From Smithellaceae bacterium (GTDB taxonomy: Bacteria > Desulfobacterota > Syntrophia > Syntrophales > Smithellaceae): a stretch of DNA of 64,000 nt. The notes below the pieces were generated by a model. The model saw only the letters and a program-made list of their open reading frames with translations, did not search any database and was not told the origin of the DNA. Position numbers and translations under genes: made by a program. This document shows positions 11,991-22,079 of this stretch, piece by piece (the first letter of the stretch is position 1; each line of letters opens with the position of its first letter). The stretch lies in the NCBI GenBank assembly GCA_963667845.2, contig CAXXVL010000002.1, forward strand, positions 832,001 through 896,000, read 5' to 3'.

Positions 11991-12554
11991 GTGCCACTGG
12001 AATCCATTATAGCGCTGTATGGTTATCCGGCGATACTTCTAGGCACTTTTTTTGAAGGAGAAACCATCCTCATAATGGCGGGTTTTGCAGCTCACCAAGG
12101 CTATCTTAAGCTTCCATGGGTTATCCTGGCAGGTTTTTTGGGAACACTCTGTGGAGATCAGCTTTATTTCCATATCGGGCGGCGCCGAGGAACTGCGTTT
12201 TTAGAGAAACGACCCTATTGGAAAACCCAGTCCAAACGAATATTTGATATCTTGGCGAGGCATCAGCTATTGCTTATCCTCGGTTTCAGATTTGTGTACG
12301 GCATGCGCACTGTAACTCCGTTCGTAATCGGTGCAAGCGGGATATCCCCTTTTCGCTTCTTGATCCTGAATAGCCTGAGCGGTCTGATTTGGGCGAGTGT
12401 GATCGGATATATGGGATATCTTTTTGGTCATGCGTTAGAACTGTTTCTCGGAAAGCTCGAACACTATGAACTCTTTTTGTTTGCTGCAATCGCCGCCACG
12501 GGAACGGTTATCTGGTGCATCCATTGGCTCCTGAGACGAAAAGCATCCGGGTGA
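11991..12554 (+). CDS. DedA family membrane protein
   Basis: GTFFEGETILI, GDQLYFHIGR, FRFVYGMR. Confidence 0.92.
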   Translation: MPLESIIALYGYPAILLGTFFEGETILIMAGFAAHQGYLKLPWVILAGFLGTLCGDQLYFHIGRRRGTAFLEKRPYWKTQSKRIFDILARHQLLLILGFRFVYGMRTVTPFVIGASGISPFRFLILNSLSGLIWASVIGYMGYLFGHALELFLGKLEHYELFLFAAIAATGTVIWCIHWLLRRKASG

Positions 12555-12643
12555 TCACGTCTCCGGAGTATGTGTTCATCGTTAATCTTTTTTAAATATC
12601 TGCAAACAGGTTCCCGGCAAGAATTGAGAAGGAGGTAGCCGCT

Positions 12644-13195
12644 ATGAAGATGACACTTATCGTCCTGGCACATCCGCATTTTGAAAAACAGTCTATTGCC
12701 AATAAACTCATTATCGAGAAGATCAAAACGATCTCCGGTGTTTCTGTCAAAGATCTCTATTCGGAATGCCCGTCCTTCAAGTTCAGTATCGAAGCGGAGC
12801 AGGCCGTTCTTATCGGTGCGGAATCGATTATTTTCCAATTTCCATTTTACTGGTATAGTTTACCAGGTATACTGAAGGAATGGATTGACCAGGTCTTCAC
12901 TTATGGTTTTGCATTTGGCTCCACGGGCGACAAATTGAAGGGAAAGCATTTCTTGGTCTCCACAACGGTTGGAGGACCGGAAGATGCTTACTGCGCAACA
13001 GGCTATAACAACTTTACGATGAGCGATCTTTTGAACCCCCTGCGGCAGATGGCTAACTTGACGGGCATGAAATTTAATCCGCCCATTGTGTCCTACAATA
13101 TGATTTTTATTCCCGGCGTCTATAACAAACGGGAAGAGGTCGAACGACGCGCGCAGGAGCATGCCCGGCGTCTCGTCGAATATATTGCCCGATAA
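12644..13195 (+). CDS. Flavodoxin-fold NAD(P)H-dependent oxidoreductase (KefF/KefG-like)
   Basis: VLAHP, FQFPFYWYSLPGILKEWID.V, GDKLKGK. Confidence 0.9.
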   Translation: MKMTLIVLAHPHFEKQSIANKLIIEKIKTISGVSVKDLYSECPSFKFSIEAEQAVLIGAESIIFQFPFYWYSLPGILKEWIDQVFTYGFAFGSTGDKLKGKHFLVSTTVGGPEDAYCATGYNNFTMSDLLNPLRQMANLTGMKFNPPIVSYNMIFIPGVYNKREEVERRAQEHARRLVEYIAR

Positions 13196-13424
13196 TTAAG
13201 GCGCTTCGCTGTTTGTAGTAAAAAATACAGCTGCGGATACGACTCCATCAGATAAATAAATGATGGTCTGTACCTCTCTGATTGGTAATGATTGAGAATG
13301 GTTTCCATTATTGAGTGCCGTCATGTTCCGGCGGCCCATATGCGGACATGGCTTGAGCGATTGGCCATGAATGGTATACCAGAAGCAAAATACCAGGATG
13401 ACTTTCGTGGGCTTTTGGAGAACT

Positions 13425-14252
13425 ATGGATAATGAATACCTTGCGACAGGGTTTACAAACGTTGACCAGACCCGGAATAAGAATGCATATTTCGATTGTC
13501 TGACTTTAATTGATTCACTGCCTTATTATAAAGAATGCAAATCAAAAAGCTATGATCTGCTGGATCTTAAGCCGGGACTTGTCGTACTGGAAGCAGGCTG
13601 TGGGCTCGGCGATGACGCGCTCAGGATCGCCGAGCGGATTATACCGGGCGGCAAGGTTATCGGCCTGGATGCAAGCTCGGCCATGATTGAAAAAGCGAGA
13701 TTGAATGCGCGGGCTCTCCAATTGCCCGTTGAATTCCTGGTCGGGGATGTAAAAGCACTGCCCTTCTCTGATGGCGTCATATCGCGGTGCCGGATAGATC
13801 GGGTGCTTCAGCATATTCCCGAACCCTTAGGGGCGGTCACTGAATTGGTCCGTGTACTGGAACCCGGGGGTTCGCTTCTGGCCTATGATAACGATTGGGA
13901 AACCTTTTCCATTAAGTCCTCGGACATTGAAACCACCAGAATAATTGAAAGTCTTTGGCGCAATTCTTTTATAAATAGTGCTATCGGCCGAGACCTCCAT
14001 AGTCATTTCCTTGCGGCCGGTTTAACCGAGGTGCACATTGATCCGTATCATTCGATAATAACGGATTTTGAGACGGCCGACAAAATTTACAACTTGCGGG
14101 AAACCGTTCAACGGGCTGTAGAAGGCAGATACATTTCCGCAGTTCAAGGACGCCTCTGGATCGACGACCTGATTAACAGAAGCACGGAAAGCCAATTTAG
14201 TGCGGCGCTTTGGGCTTACACTGTCGTCGGGAAGAAAGTTATCGCCAAATAG
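13425..14252 (+). CDS. Class I SAM-dependent methyltransferase
   Basis: VLEAGCGLG, GLDAS, DRVLQH, ELVRVLEPGG; ATG 13425 after GGAG. Confidence 0.9.
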   Translation: MDNEYLATGFTNVDQTRNKNAYFDCLTLIDSLPYYKECKSKSYDLLDLKPGLVVLEAGCGLGDDALRIAERIIPGGKVIGLDASSAMIEKARLNARALQLPVEFLVGDVKALPFSDGVISRCRIDRVLQHIPEPLGAVTELVRVLEPGGSLLAYDNDWETFSIKSSDIETTRIIESLWRNSFINSAIGRDLHSHFLAAGLTEVHIDPYHSIITDFETADKIYNLRETVQRAVEGRYISAVQGRLWIDDLINRSTESQFSAALWAYTVVGKKVIAK

Positions 14253-14289
14253 AGAAAAATCATTGTTTGTTCATAATCGTTATTGGCTT

Positions 14290-14622
14290 CTATGGATTAA
14301 TGTTTCTCCTTTTCATCTCCATCCGAACTTCAACGCGTCGCTGTCTTAGATCTTCCGCCGTATAGGCTGTGCCACCCGAACCAATACCGACGCCGCCGCC
14401 TACGCCCCGGCCGAAACCGCCCACGCCTATGCCAATTGATGGACCAGTCTGCTTCTCTTGCTTGTCAATTTCATCATTGAGGCGATAGAAGTATTCCAAA
14501 AGTTTTTCGTCCGTCATAACTTTGTAATCTTCTACAAGAATTTCCTTCGACTGGCCGGCGCACCCGGCAAGAATGAATGCCGCAAAAACGAGTAAAATCC
14601 CGATGGCTATTTTTTTCTTCAT
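14290..14622 (-). CDS. Small lipoprotein with Gly-rich segment, unknown function
   Basis: Lipobox LAG-C; SIGIGVGGFGRGVGGGVGIG; GGAGG RBS. Confidence 0.8.
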   Translation of the reverse strand: MKKKIAIGILLVFAAFILAGCAGQSKEILVEDYKVMTDEKLLEYFYRLNDEIDKQEKQTGPSIGIGVGGFGRGVGGGVGIGSGGTAYTAEDLRQRRVEVRMEMKRRNINP

Positions 14623-14693
14623 CCTCTTTCCCTCCTACATTTCACAATTATGAATTCCCGTAATTTTGAAGAATCTGCAAATGCATTCATAGC

Positions 14694-15359
14694 TCAATCT
14701 TTTTTCAAAAGATTGAGCCTCTCTTTGATGAGGGCTGCTTTATTGCCTTCTCCTTTTTCGAGATAATACGAATGAAGTCTGCTTAGATAGGACCAAAGAG
14801 GCCTTTGCCAGCCATTAGTCGATGCCGTCGTTATGCCCATTTGAAGAATCGCCTCATTGGCGGGTAAGTATCTCACCCAGACGCCGCAGGCGATCAAACG
14901 CGAAAGAGGATCATCAATAGCGGCAATTTCCCTTGCGGCCATCTGCAAATCATTGGCGGACGCTGCTTTTAGAACGCCGGCGTATCGGGACGGCAGCAGC
15001 TTAACATCGACGGCACTGAAGTTTCCTTTTAAAAAATGACAGTAGGCCATGTCGGCCGGGTTGGGTTCCAAACGATACAGTTTGGCAAAATCGCTGGAAT
15101 CAAAACTTTCCAGTGATGCGGTGTGAAGCGCATATTGAGTGAGGTAAGCGATGGACAAAAGATTCAGATCGTTGCCGGCAGCTATTTCTCGTTTGGCTTT
15201 GACAAAATGAGGTTCGGTGGATGCTTCTTTGCCGGTCAGGAAACTGGTTTTATACTCATCCAATTGGCGATAGGCATTCTCCTTCCAAACCGGCGCCGGA
15301 GTGGAAGCTCCGCATGCACAAATGAGCAAAACTAATATGTAGGATAATAGTTTCTTCAT
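14694..15359 (-). CDS. Lipoprotein of unknown function in the Mla-like operon
   Basis: Signal peptide ending ICA-C; ATGA overlap with the MCE gene stop. Confidence 0.8.
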   Translation of the reverse strand: MKKLLSYILVLLICACGASTPAPVWKENAYRQLDEYKTSFLTGKEASTEPHFVKAKREIAAGNDLNLLSIAYLTQYALHTASLESFDSSDFAKLYRLEPNPADMAYCHFLKGNFSAVDVKLLPSRYAGVLKAASANDLQMAAREIAAIDDPLSRLIACGVWVRYLPANEAILQMGITTASTNGWQRPLWSYLSRLHSYYLEKGEGNKAALIKERLNLLKKD

Positions 15360-16309
15360 GGTACTTTAAACTCCGGGGCTTTTTTCGACCCGATAATTGC
15401 ATCCAATTTTTTAACGACATCGTCCAGCGATTTGACGAGATCATCGATTTCGGAGCGAAGGATATGAAAATCTTTCATGCCCTCCGATGCGTCGGAGCTT
15501 ATTTTATTCACATTATCGACTGTTTTATCTAGTTTATGCAATTTTCCGACAATGTCTTTCAAAATAATATTAACCTGTGGCAGGGTGCCCTCTTGGCCGT
15601 ATATTTGATTATCCGTCTTATCAGCCATCTTATCCACTTTGATAAGGATGCGATCAACAGTATTCGTAATAGTTTTGAGCTTCTTCAAAGAATCATTCAA
15701 GGCTTTGACGCTTTCTTCATCGGAAACGACCATTTCCATGAGCGATTTTTTTGAGGCCAGATTTGTGGAAATTTTTTCGGCGTTTCCCAAAACCCGGCTA
15801 AAGTCGCCTTTCGGATCAGACAGATTGCGGGTCAAGCGTTCGACGTTGTCGGCGATCTGGGTTACTCTCTCTAACACAGGTTCTATTTTGGCGATCGCAT
15901 CATTAATGTCATTGACGATGGTAACTTCCGGAAGTCTGTCGGAATCCAGGGGCGGGCTTTTCAAATCGGTTGTGTTCACGACAATGCGGGCTGAACCGAT
16001 TAAGGGCCGATATAAAATGAAGGTGCTGTTCGATCTGATCCATTTTACGTGGCGATTGGGGATTTTGATTTTAATAAGAACAATGCCTTTATCATTGAGT
16101 TCCAGAGCCTGGACTTTGCCGATGTTGAATCCGGAGAAATCCACCGGCATCCCTTCCGTAAAGCCATCGCCCGATCTGGAAGAAAGAGTAAAGGTATGCA
16201 TTGTTTCGAAGATGCCTTTTCCCATTGCCAAATAGATCAGGGCCGCAAAAATCAAAATTGCGGTGCATCCGATAAACAGGCCGACTTTGACTTCACGGCT
16301 CATCTTCAT
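15356..16309 (-). CDS. MCE/MlaD family protein
   Basis: KVGLF N-terminal TM, GMPVDFSGFNIGKV MCE motif, long helical C-terminus. Confidence 0.9.
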   Translation of the reverse strand: MKMSREVKVGLFIGCTAILIFAALIYLAMGKGIFETMHTFTLSSRSGDGFTEGMPVDFSGFNIGKVQALELNDKGIVLIKIKIPNRHVKWIRSNSTFILYRPLIGSARIVVNTTDLKSPPLDSDRLPEVTIVNDINDAIAKIEPVLERVTQIADNVERLTRNLSDPKGDFSRVLGNAEKISTNLASKKSLMEMVVSDEESVKALNDSLKKLKTITNTVDRILIKVDKMADKTDNQIYGQEGTLPQVNIILKDIVGKLHKLDKTVDNVNKISSDASEGMKDFHILRSEIDDLVKSLDDVVKKLDAIIGSKKAPEFKVP

Positions 16310-16779
16310 AAATCACCGTACTTTTCTTTCGTCCATTTGTAATCATATATATGACAGCTTATATATAAATCGTCAATTTTTTTCAATGCGTCCGTGATAA
16401 ATTGAACGTCTTTCAAATGAGGGACAATCAGAAAAGGCCGATCGATCAGAATCATCGCCTCGTGCACCATCGCGGCCCTCAGCAGCATGGCGCAAAATCT
16501 CTCTTCAGGGGTTAATGCGGGATTGCGCTTGCGGACTATCTCCGTCATGCCTAATCGTCGCAAATATTCGAGCGACAAAAGTTCAGCCCGGTGTTTAGGC
16601 ATATTTTCGTGGTACTCCTTGATCAGGGCGATATTTGTAAGGACGTCCTGATTGGATATCAGCGGAACGTCCAGTGAAACCAGTGCAGCCTGAGAGGAAA
16701 ACTCAGTTTGAAAATGACTGACCGACTGATTAAGCGTTTGTTCGCTATCGAAAAGATTTAGAATAATTTTGTCAGTAAT
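16306..16779 (-). CDS. Truncated ABC-ATPase-like (MlaF-like) protein lacking Walker A; probable ATT start
   Basis: Frame is open to 16788; upstream of the track ATG it reads VPLISNQDVLTNIALIKEYH, followed by LTPEERF and ILIDRP (degenerate signature and Walker B). Confidence 0.65.
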   Translation of the reverse strand: MTDKIILNLFDSEQTLNQSVSHFQTEFSSQAALVSLDVPLISNQDVLTNIALIKEYHENMPKHRAELLSLEYLRRLGMTEIVRKRNPALTPEERFCAMLLRAAMVHEAMILIDRPFLIVPHLKDVQFITDALKKIDDLYISCHIYDYKWTKEKYGDL

Positions 16780-17555
16780 GACAGCACCTCAATGATCAGA
16801 ATGGCTGTAAAAACGTTGACCATGCCCCCGGACACCGCAATCGGAATGCTTGTTAATTCATTTGATGCCCGCAAACCATAGCGAATAGGGATTAAGGTAA
16901 TAAAGAACCCATAGACGGCACACTTGAACAATGCAATCAAAATGTCAGAAAAGTTAGTCGAATTTAATAAGAGATTTGTATAGACGTCGGCGCTCATTCC
17001 GAATATCAGCCAGGAAAAGATGATGCCGCTTACCAGCAAGACAATTGAAAAGAGGCTGCTCAGGAGGACAATGGAGATAACGCCGTTTATAATGCGGGGC
17101 ATGAGCAGGTAATCGATAACGTCTATACGGTACGTCTCCAGTGTTTTTATTTCTTTGTTGACTTTCATCACCGCCATTTCCGTGTTGATCGCCGCACTGG
17201 ATCGCAATGTAATCAAAAGGACAGTCAGGAAAGGTGACAATTCCGTGACAATCAGACCCATTAAGACGTGACCGATGAATTCGGTGAGTCCAAATTCCTT
17301 GAGCAGTGTAAAGACAATTCCGATGATCAGTGAACCGAAAGTGATGGATACAAGAAGAAAGATTGGAAGGATTTGCACTGAAGTAAAATAGATTTGATTC
17401 AGTAAAACTTCGCGCATGGCGCTGCTGTATGTTTTGCGCTTAAAGATCCGCAGAAAAACTTTGCCGACAAATGTTGCATTATCCGCAAACGCTGTCAGTA
17501 TGTGGATGGCTTGACGCCCCAACTTTTCCCAGAAAGACATTATCTTCGTCTCCAC
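16758..17555 (-). CDS. MlaE family ABC permease
   Basis: QIYFTSVQ, ELSPFLT, RSSAAINTEMAVMKVNKEI, YLLMPRI. Confidence 0.92.
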   Translation of the reverse strand: METKIMSFWEKLGRQAIHILTAFADNATFVGKVFLRIFKRKTYSSAMREVLLNQIYFTSVQILPIFLLVSITFGSLIIGIVFTLLKEFGLTEFIGHVLMGLIVTELSPFLTVLLITLRSSAAINTEMAVMKVNKEIKTLETYRIDVIDYLLMPRIINGVISIVLLSSLFSIVLLVSGIIFSWLIFGMSADVYTNLLLNSTNFSDILIALFKCAVYGFFITLIPIRYGLRASNELTSIPIAVSGGMVNVFTAILIIEVLSLLTKLF

Positions 17556-17621
17556 GAGGTCTGCGTGATCTTAACACAGGACAGTTGATACTTCAAACGG
17601 GGTTATTGATGCGCTTTTGCG

Positions 17622-17649
17622 TTGACAAAAAGGTAGTTGTCGTTATATT
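17622..17649 (+). promoter_or_regulatory. Candidate sigma70 promoter of the degP-like gene
   Basis: TTGACA-N16-TATATT about 70 bp upstream of the ATG. Confidence 0.5.
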
Positions 17650-17719
17650 CAGATACGTTAATTATGCTCAATAAGAATAGAAATGCACTGGCTCTGTGCG
17701 TTAATATTGGAGGACAGAA

Positions 17720-19186
17720 ATGAAGAATTCTAATCGAAAATCGTTTTTTATGTTCCTGATGGCCTTCCTGGTCGCATTTTTCATCGTATCGTTGGTCGGG
17801 GTTTTGCGATCATCTTTTACGACGACGGGGGCCCCGGAAATACCAGCAGCGCAAGCTGTTCCCTCATCGTCAGACTCAGCCTTTAAAACGCCTCTTTCTT
17901 TTTCTGATCTGGCGGAACGTGTCAAACCCGCTGTTGTTAACATCAGTACATCAAAGACATACAAGGGCCGGGGAGGGTTCGGAGCACCTTTCGGGGGATC
18001 GCCCTTCGGCGATGATTTTTTTGATCGTTTTTTTGGAGATATGCCCCGCAGGGAGTTCAAACAGCGCAGTCTGGGTTCGGGATTTATCATCAGCAATGAT
18101 GGTTATATCTTCACAAATAATCATGTTGTAGAGCAGGCAGATAAAATTCTCGTGAAGACTTCCGATGGTAAAGAATATGAGGCAAAAGTAATCGGTACCG
18201 ACGTAAATACCGATATTGCTTTGATTAAAATCAAGCCGGACAGCAGTCTGTCTGTCGCAGAGATCGGCGACTCCGATAAAGTCAGAGTTGGCGAATGGGT
18301 GATCGCTATTGGTAATCCGTTCGGTTTGGATGCGACGGTGACAGCCGGCATCGTCAGTGCAAAGGGCCGTGTCATCGGTGCGGGGCCTTATGATAATTTC
18401 ATTCAAACGGACGCGTCCATTAATCCGGGGAATAGCGGTGGTCCGTTGTTCAGCATGGACGCGAAAGTCATTGGAATAAATACGGCAATAGTCGCCCAAG
18501 GTCAGGGTATCGGGTTTGCAATTCCGATCAATATGGCTAAAAGCATACTTGCCGATTTGAAAACAAAGGGCAAAGTAACGCGCGGATGGCTGGGTATATC
18601 CGTTCAGGATATTTCGGATGACATCGCCAAAAATTTAAATCATAAAAGTAAGAATGGGGCTCTTGTTTCCGATGTTTTCAAGGGCGACCCGGCTGATAAA
18701 GCAGGCATCAAAGTTGGAGATATCATTACGGAAATTAACGGCAGGGCGGTTAAAGATACGCACGATTTATTACTGACGATCGCTACATTGCATGTAGGTC
18801 AAAAGATTAGTCTGAAAGGACTTCGCGACGGTAAGGAAATCAGTTTTCAGGTGACCGTCGCCGAGCGGAAAGAGAGTGTGGCCGCAGCGGCGGAGAAATC
18901 CGGAAAAGGACGCTTCGGTATTGCTGCGCAGGACATAACACCGGAGATGGCCCGGCAATTAGGGATATCTCGTGAGGGTGTCATCGTGACTGATGTCGAG
19001 AGCGGAAGTCCCGCGGATGAGGTCGGCATCCAGCCGCAGGATGTCATTGTTCAGGTTAATCGGGTCAAGGTTTCCTCGCTGAAAGATTTTAATCGGGAGA
19101 TTGCAAAAGCTACGGAAAAGAAGAGTGTTACTCTCTTGATTAAACGGGGTCGATCGAGTTTCTTTGTCGCCATAAGAACTGAGTAA
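17720..19186 (+). CDS. Do/DegP/DegQ (HtrA) serine endoprotease with two PDZ domains
   Basis: GSGFII, TNNHVV, DIAL, QTDASINPGNSGGPL, GWLGI. Confidence 0.96.
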   Translation: MKNSNRKSFFMFLMAFLVAFFIVSLVGVLRSSFTTTGAPEIPAAQAVPSSSDSAFKTPLSFSDLAERVKPAVVNISTSKTYKGRGGFGAPFGGSPFGDDFFDRFFGDMPRREFKQRSLGSGFIISNDGYIFTNNHVVEQADKILVKTSDGKEYEAKVIGTDVNTDIALIKIKPDSSLSVAEIGDSDKVRVGEWVIAIGNPFGLDATVTAGIVSAKGRVIGAGPYDNFIQTDASINPGNSGGPLFSMDAKVIGINTAIVAQGQGIGFAIPINMAKSILADLKTKGKVTRGWLGISVQDISDDIAKNLNHKSKNGALVSDVFKGDPADKAGIKVGDIITEINGRAVKDTHDLLLTIATLHVGQKISLKGLRDGKEISFQVTVAERKESVAAAAEKSGKGRFGIAAQDITPEMARQLGISREGVIVTDVESGSPADEVGIQPQDVIVQVNRVKVSSLKDFNREIAKATEKKSVTLLIKRGRSSFFVAIRTE

Positions 19187-19218
19187 TTCGCTCGGTGATA
19201 GCGATACGTCGCGGACAT

Positions 19219-19244
19219 GGCAGCCCCTTAGGGCTGCCTTTTTT
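19219..19244 (+). terminator. Intrinsic terminator after the degP-like gene
   Basis: GGCAGCCC-ctta-GGGCTGCC-TTTTTT. Confidence 0.85.
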
Positions 19245-19326
19245 AATCGCGTCGCCGAGAAAAAAGCGGCATAATAATATTGTCTTTTGCCGGGAAGAAA
19301 TTCGTTGAGCGCTTGAGTAACAGCCA

Positions 19327-20385
19327 ATGAAACTTTTAGATTACAGAGGGATCATTCACCTGCACTCGTCTTTTTCGTATGATGGTCACGCTTCAATGAA
19401 AGAAATTGTCTCTGCCGCGCAAAAGAACGGCATTGATTTTTTGATGTTGACGGACCATGATCACTTGCAAGCGAGAAATGAAGGATGGGAAGGCTGGCAA
19501 GGAAGGACTCTGGTTATAGTCGGAGAAGAGATCGCGCCGCGATTTAGCCATTATCTGGCATTTAGAACCGAGAGGCCTGTTTCTTACGGCACCGATCATG
19601 AAGGCAGGAAACCTCAAAAATATATTGATGCCGTCAATGAACAGGGAGGATTTGGCTTTATCGCCCATCCCGATCACGAAGGAACAGAAATGTTTCACGT
19701 GAAACACTATCCTTGGACTGACTGGAAAGTTAACGCCTACGCAGGAATCGGCATATGGGATTTCATGACCGACTGGCAAAAGAGCCTGAATGGCTATTTC
19801 ACGGCGTTCCTAAGCTTTCTTTTCCCTGCTTTCTTCTTGAAAGGCCCGCCGAGGATTACACTGGAACGATGGGATACTCTGAACCAAATCAGGAAAACCG
19901 TCGGAATTGGAGAACTCGATAATCATGCCAGTACAAAAAGAGTCTTCGGTATATCGTTTGTCGCCTTTCCTTTTAACCGGGCTTTAAAATTCATTTCTAC
20001 GCATATCCTCGCACGAGATCCATTCAACGGAGACAGCAAGCATGACATCGACCAAGTTTTTCATTCTCTACTAAACGGCTGCTGCTACTTTTCATTGGAC
20101 TATTTTCACAGAGCTAAAGGATTTCAATTTCTCATCGAACACGAAAAGCAGGACTTCTACATGGGGGATTCTTTCCATCTCTCACGCAACGCACAATTGA
20201 CTGCCTCACGTCCAATGCCAGCCAAGATTCGCATTATCAGAAATGGCCGCGAATTGCTCAATTCGATAAGTGCCCAGGTGTCCATACCGGTTGAAGAACC
20301 CGGCATCTATCGAGCAGAAGCGTATTTGAAGTCTTACGGGAAATACCGTCCCTGGATATTTTCCAATCCGATCTTCGTAACGTGA
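19327..20385 (+). CDS. PHP-domain metallohydrolase (CehA/McbA-like)
   Basis: HLHSSFSYDG, LTDHDH, GEE, IAHP, DNH, WIFSNPI. Confidence 0.85.
   Translation: MKLLDYRGIIHLHSSFSYDGHASMKEIVSAAQKNGIDFLMLTDHDHLQARNEGWEGWQGRTLVIVGEEIAPRFSHYLAFRTERPVSYGTDHEGRKPQKYIDAVNEQGGFGFIAHPDHEGTEMFHVKHYPWTDWKVNAYAGIGIWDFMTDWQKSLNGYFTAFLSFLFPAFFLKGPPRITLERWDTLNQIRKTVGIGELDNHASTKRVFGISFVAFPFNRALKFISTHILARDPFNGDSKHDIDQVFHSLLNGCCYFSLDYFHRAKGFQFLIEHEKQDFYMGDSFHLSRNAQLTASRPMPAKIRIIRNGRELLNSISAQVSIPVEEPGIYRAEAYLKSYGKYRPWIFSNPIFVT
19691..19706. promoter_or_regulatory. parS centromere site (perfect consensus palindrome)
   Basis: TGTTTCACGTGAAACA inside the PHP gene; parAB and oriC are in the same window. Confidence 0.9.
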
Positions 20386-20499
20386 AAGGAGAACTTGCGC
20401 GCGCCCCTTTCCTCTGCTCACCACCCCTTTGAAACAAAGCCTTGATGTATGAAAGAAGGAGAATATCCCTCACTAAATCATTTTTCCGAAATGGCATCT

Positions 20500-22079
20500 C
20501 TTCACTAATTCCCTTTTTGTCCTTCGAGTATCGGACGTATCGGTACATCGTCGCTAACTTCTTTAAAACTCTTTCGGGAAACCCGGCAAGACAACCCTTT
20601 ATACTTTTGATCATCAATTTCCGTGACCGTTCGAATCGTCCCGCCGGTCTGCAAATGAACACCGATTGAGGGTCGACGATCATTTCCCATAACGCCGACA
20701 GCCCTTGCGATAAGCTCAAACTCATAATTCTTTAATAGTCTAAGAGTATCTTCTTTATATTTCTTGCTGTATGATCAACTGTGAGAGTCGGCTCCAATAC
20801 TCTTGAGACACGATCTTTCGCCCCGTTGATGCTTATGTAAATAATGGCCTTCGCGGTTGTTCCATTGCATCAATTCTCCGGCAGTCGCCTATCAATCTCT
20901 GTACTTTTTTCTGCGACCAAATCTATCGGATTGGCATGACCCCAAAACGGCGCAACAGATCATTAACCTTTTCGATGATCCCTACCCAAAAGCTATCGAC
21001 GACGTTTCAGTTTTCTGTAGATAGGTCAGAAACCACAACCCCTGCTTCCTTCTAAAGTTCACAATTGCGATACGATTTCGCCGTCGTAAAGGCAGAGGTG
21101 AAAAGGCCGCTGATAAATTCGAATAAATCTATTGATATAATCGGCGTGGATGATCGCCGCCTGTTTGCAGCCGCTTTAGAAATTTTACTTTTCAATGCCA
21201 TTGCGCCGGCCTGAATGACGGATACTGATACTGCTGCCTCGGTTCTCCCGCCCTTGAGGATAATTTGGGGATCTCCATCTCACTCGCCTCGCCGATTTAT
21301 GGAATCTGCATCCGTCCTTAGTGCTTTCACTATACGTGACCATCGTCTTCGTCAAATCGTCTATCTCGAACTTATCCATATAACCTTCGATCGTTATCAT
21401 GCCTTCGTTTTCTGAACCCCAAAAGCCCGTATTCTGATACTTCTCTTTCTGGAAAGGCCGAGAATTGAGTGCCCAAATTCCCTGATTGAGCGACAAGTGT
21501 CGTTGTGTCCGGCATTCGGCCGAACAGGTCTGCCGGTGCAGCAAGCGATATGGGCGGATTGCATATACCCATAATGCTGGGTTCGAGAATTATAATTCCC
21601 CTCAAATATCGCAACACGCTCACCCAGAGGAACCAGCCGGGAAAACCACGTCGCAGCTAAACTCCGTCAATACACCTTCCGGCCCCAAATTAATTACCGG
21701 ACCGAACTGTCCACAAAAAAGGCGCGCAACGAATGCTCTTCGCCCTTCCGCATGGGTTGAAAGGAAACCTTCCCGATCCCCTCCGGCAGCATCCTTATAT
21801 ATATCTCTCTGACTGCCTTTTCCATATCCTTGAATCCTTAATATTGAGTTTAACCAAACCTTTCTCGCTCATGTGCATCAGCCGACGTCCCAGTCCTTAT
21901 AAAACGGCAGGACGTTAAATGTCTTCCGCCTTATTGTTTATCATATTAATATCATTACACATTTTTTAATTTGCCACAGGAACATTGAATTCTCCAAAAA
22001 TATCGAATGTTACAGCTTCGTTAAGGGCCTCTCTTTCTTCATTTCTGATTTTATCAATAATTTCATGATATTTAATCAC
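20500..22079 (-). pseudogene. Decayed acetate/acyl-CoA ligase (NDP-forming) gene with stops, frameshifts and an internal deletion; lower boundary approximate
   Basis: Collinear fragments from GTG 22079 (AGGAG RBS): LNEA...PV, GLGRRLMHMSEKGLVKLN, QFGPVI, MGICNP, VAQSGNLGTQ, GSENEGMITIEGYMDKFEIDDLTKT, HANPIDLV, PERVLKKLATMY; in-frame TAA at 21966-68, 21915-17 and 21897-99. Confidence 0.8.

Noticed and set aside
20258..21918. Several short track ORFs in the gap after the PHP gene
   Set aside because: They are pieces or antisense shadows of the acyl-CoA synthetase pseudogene, not independent genes.
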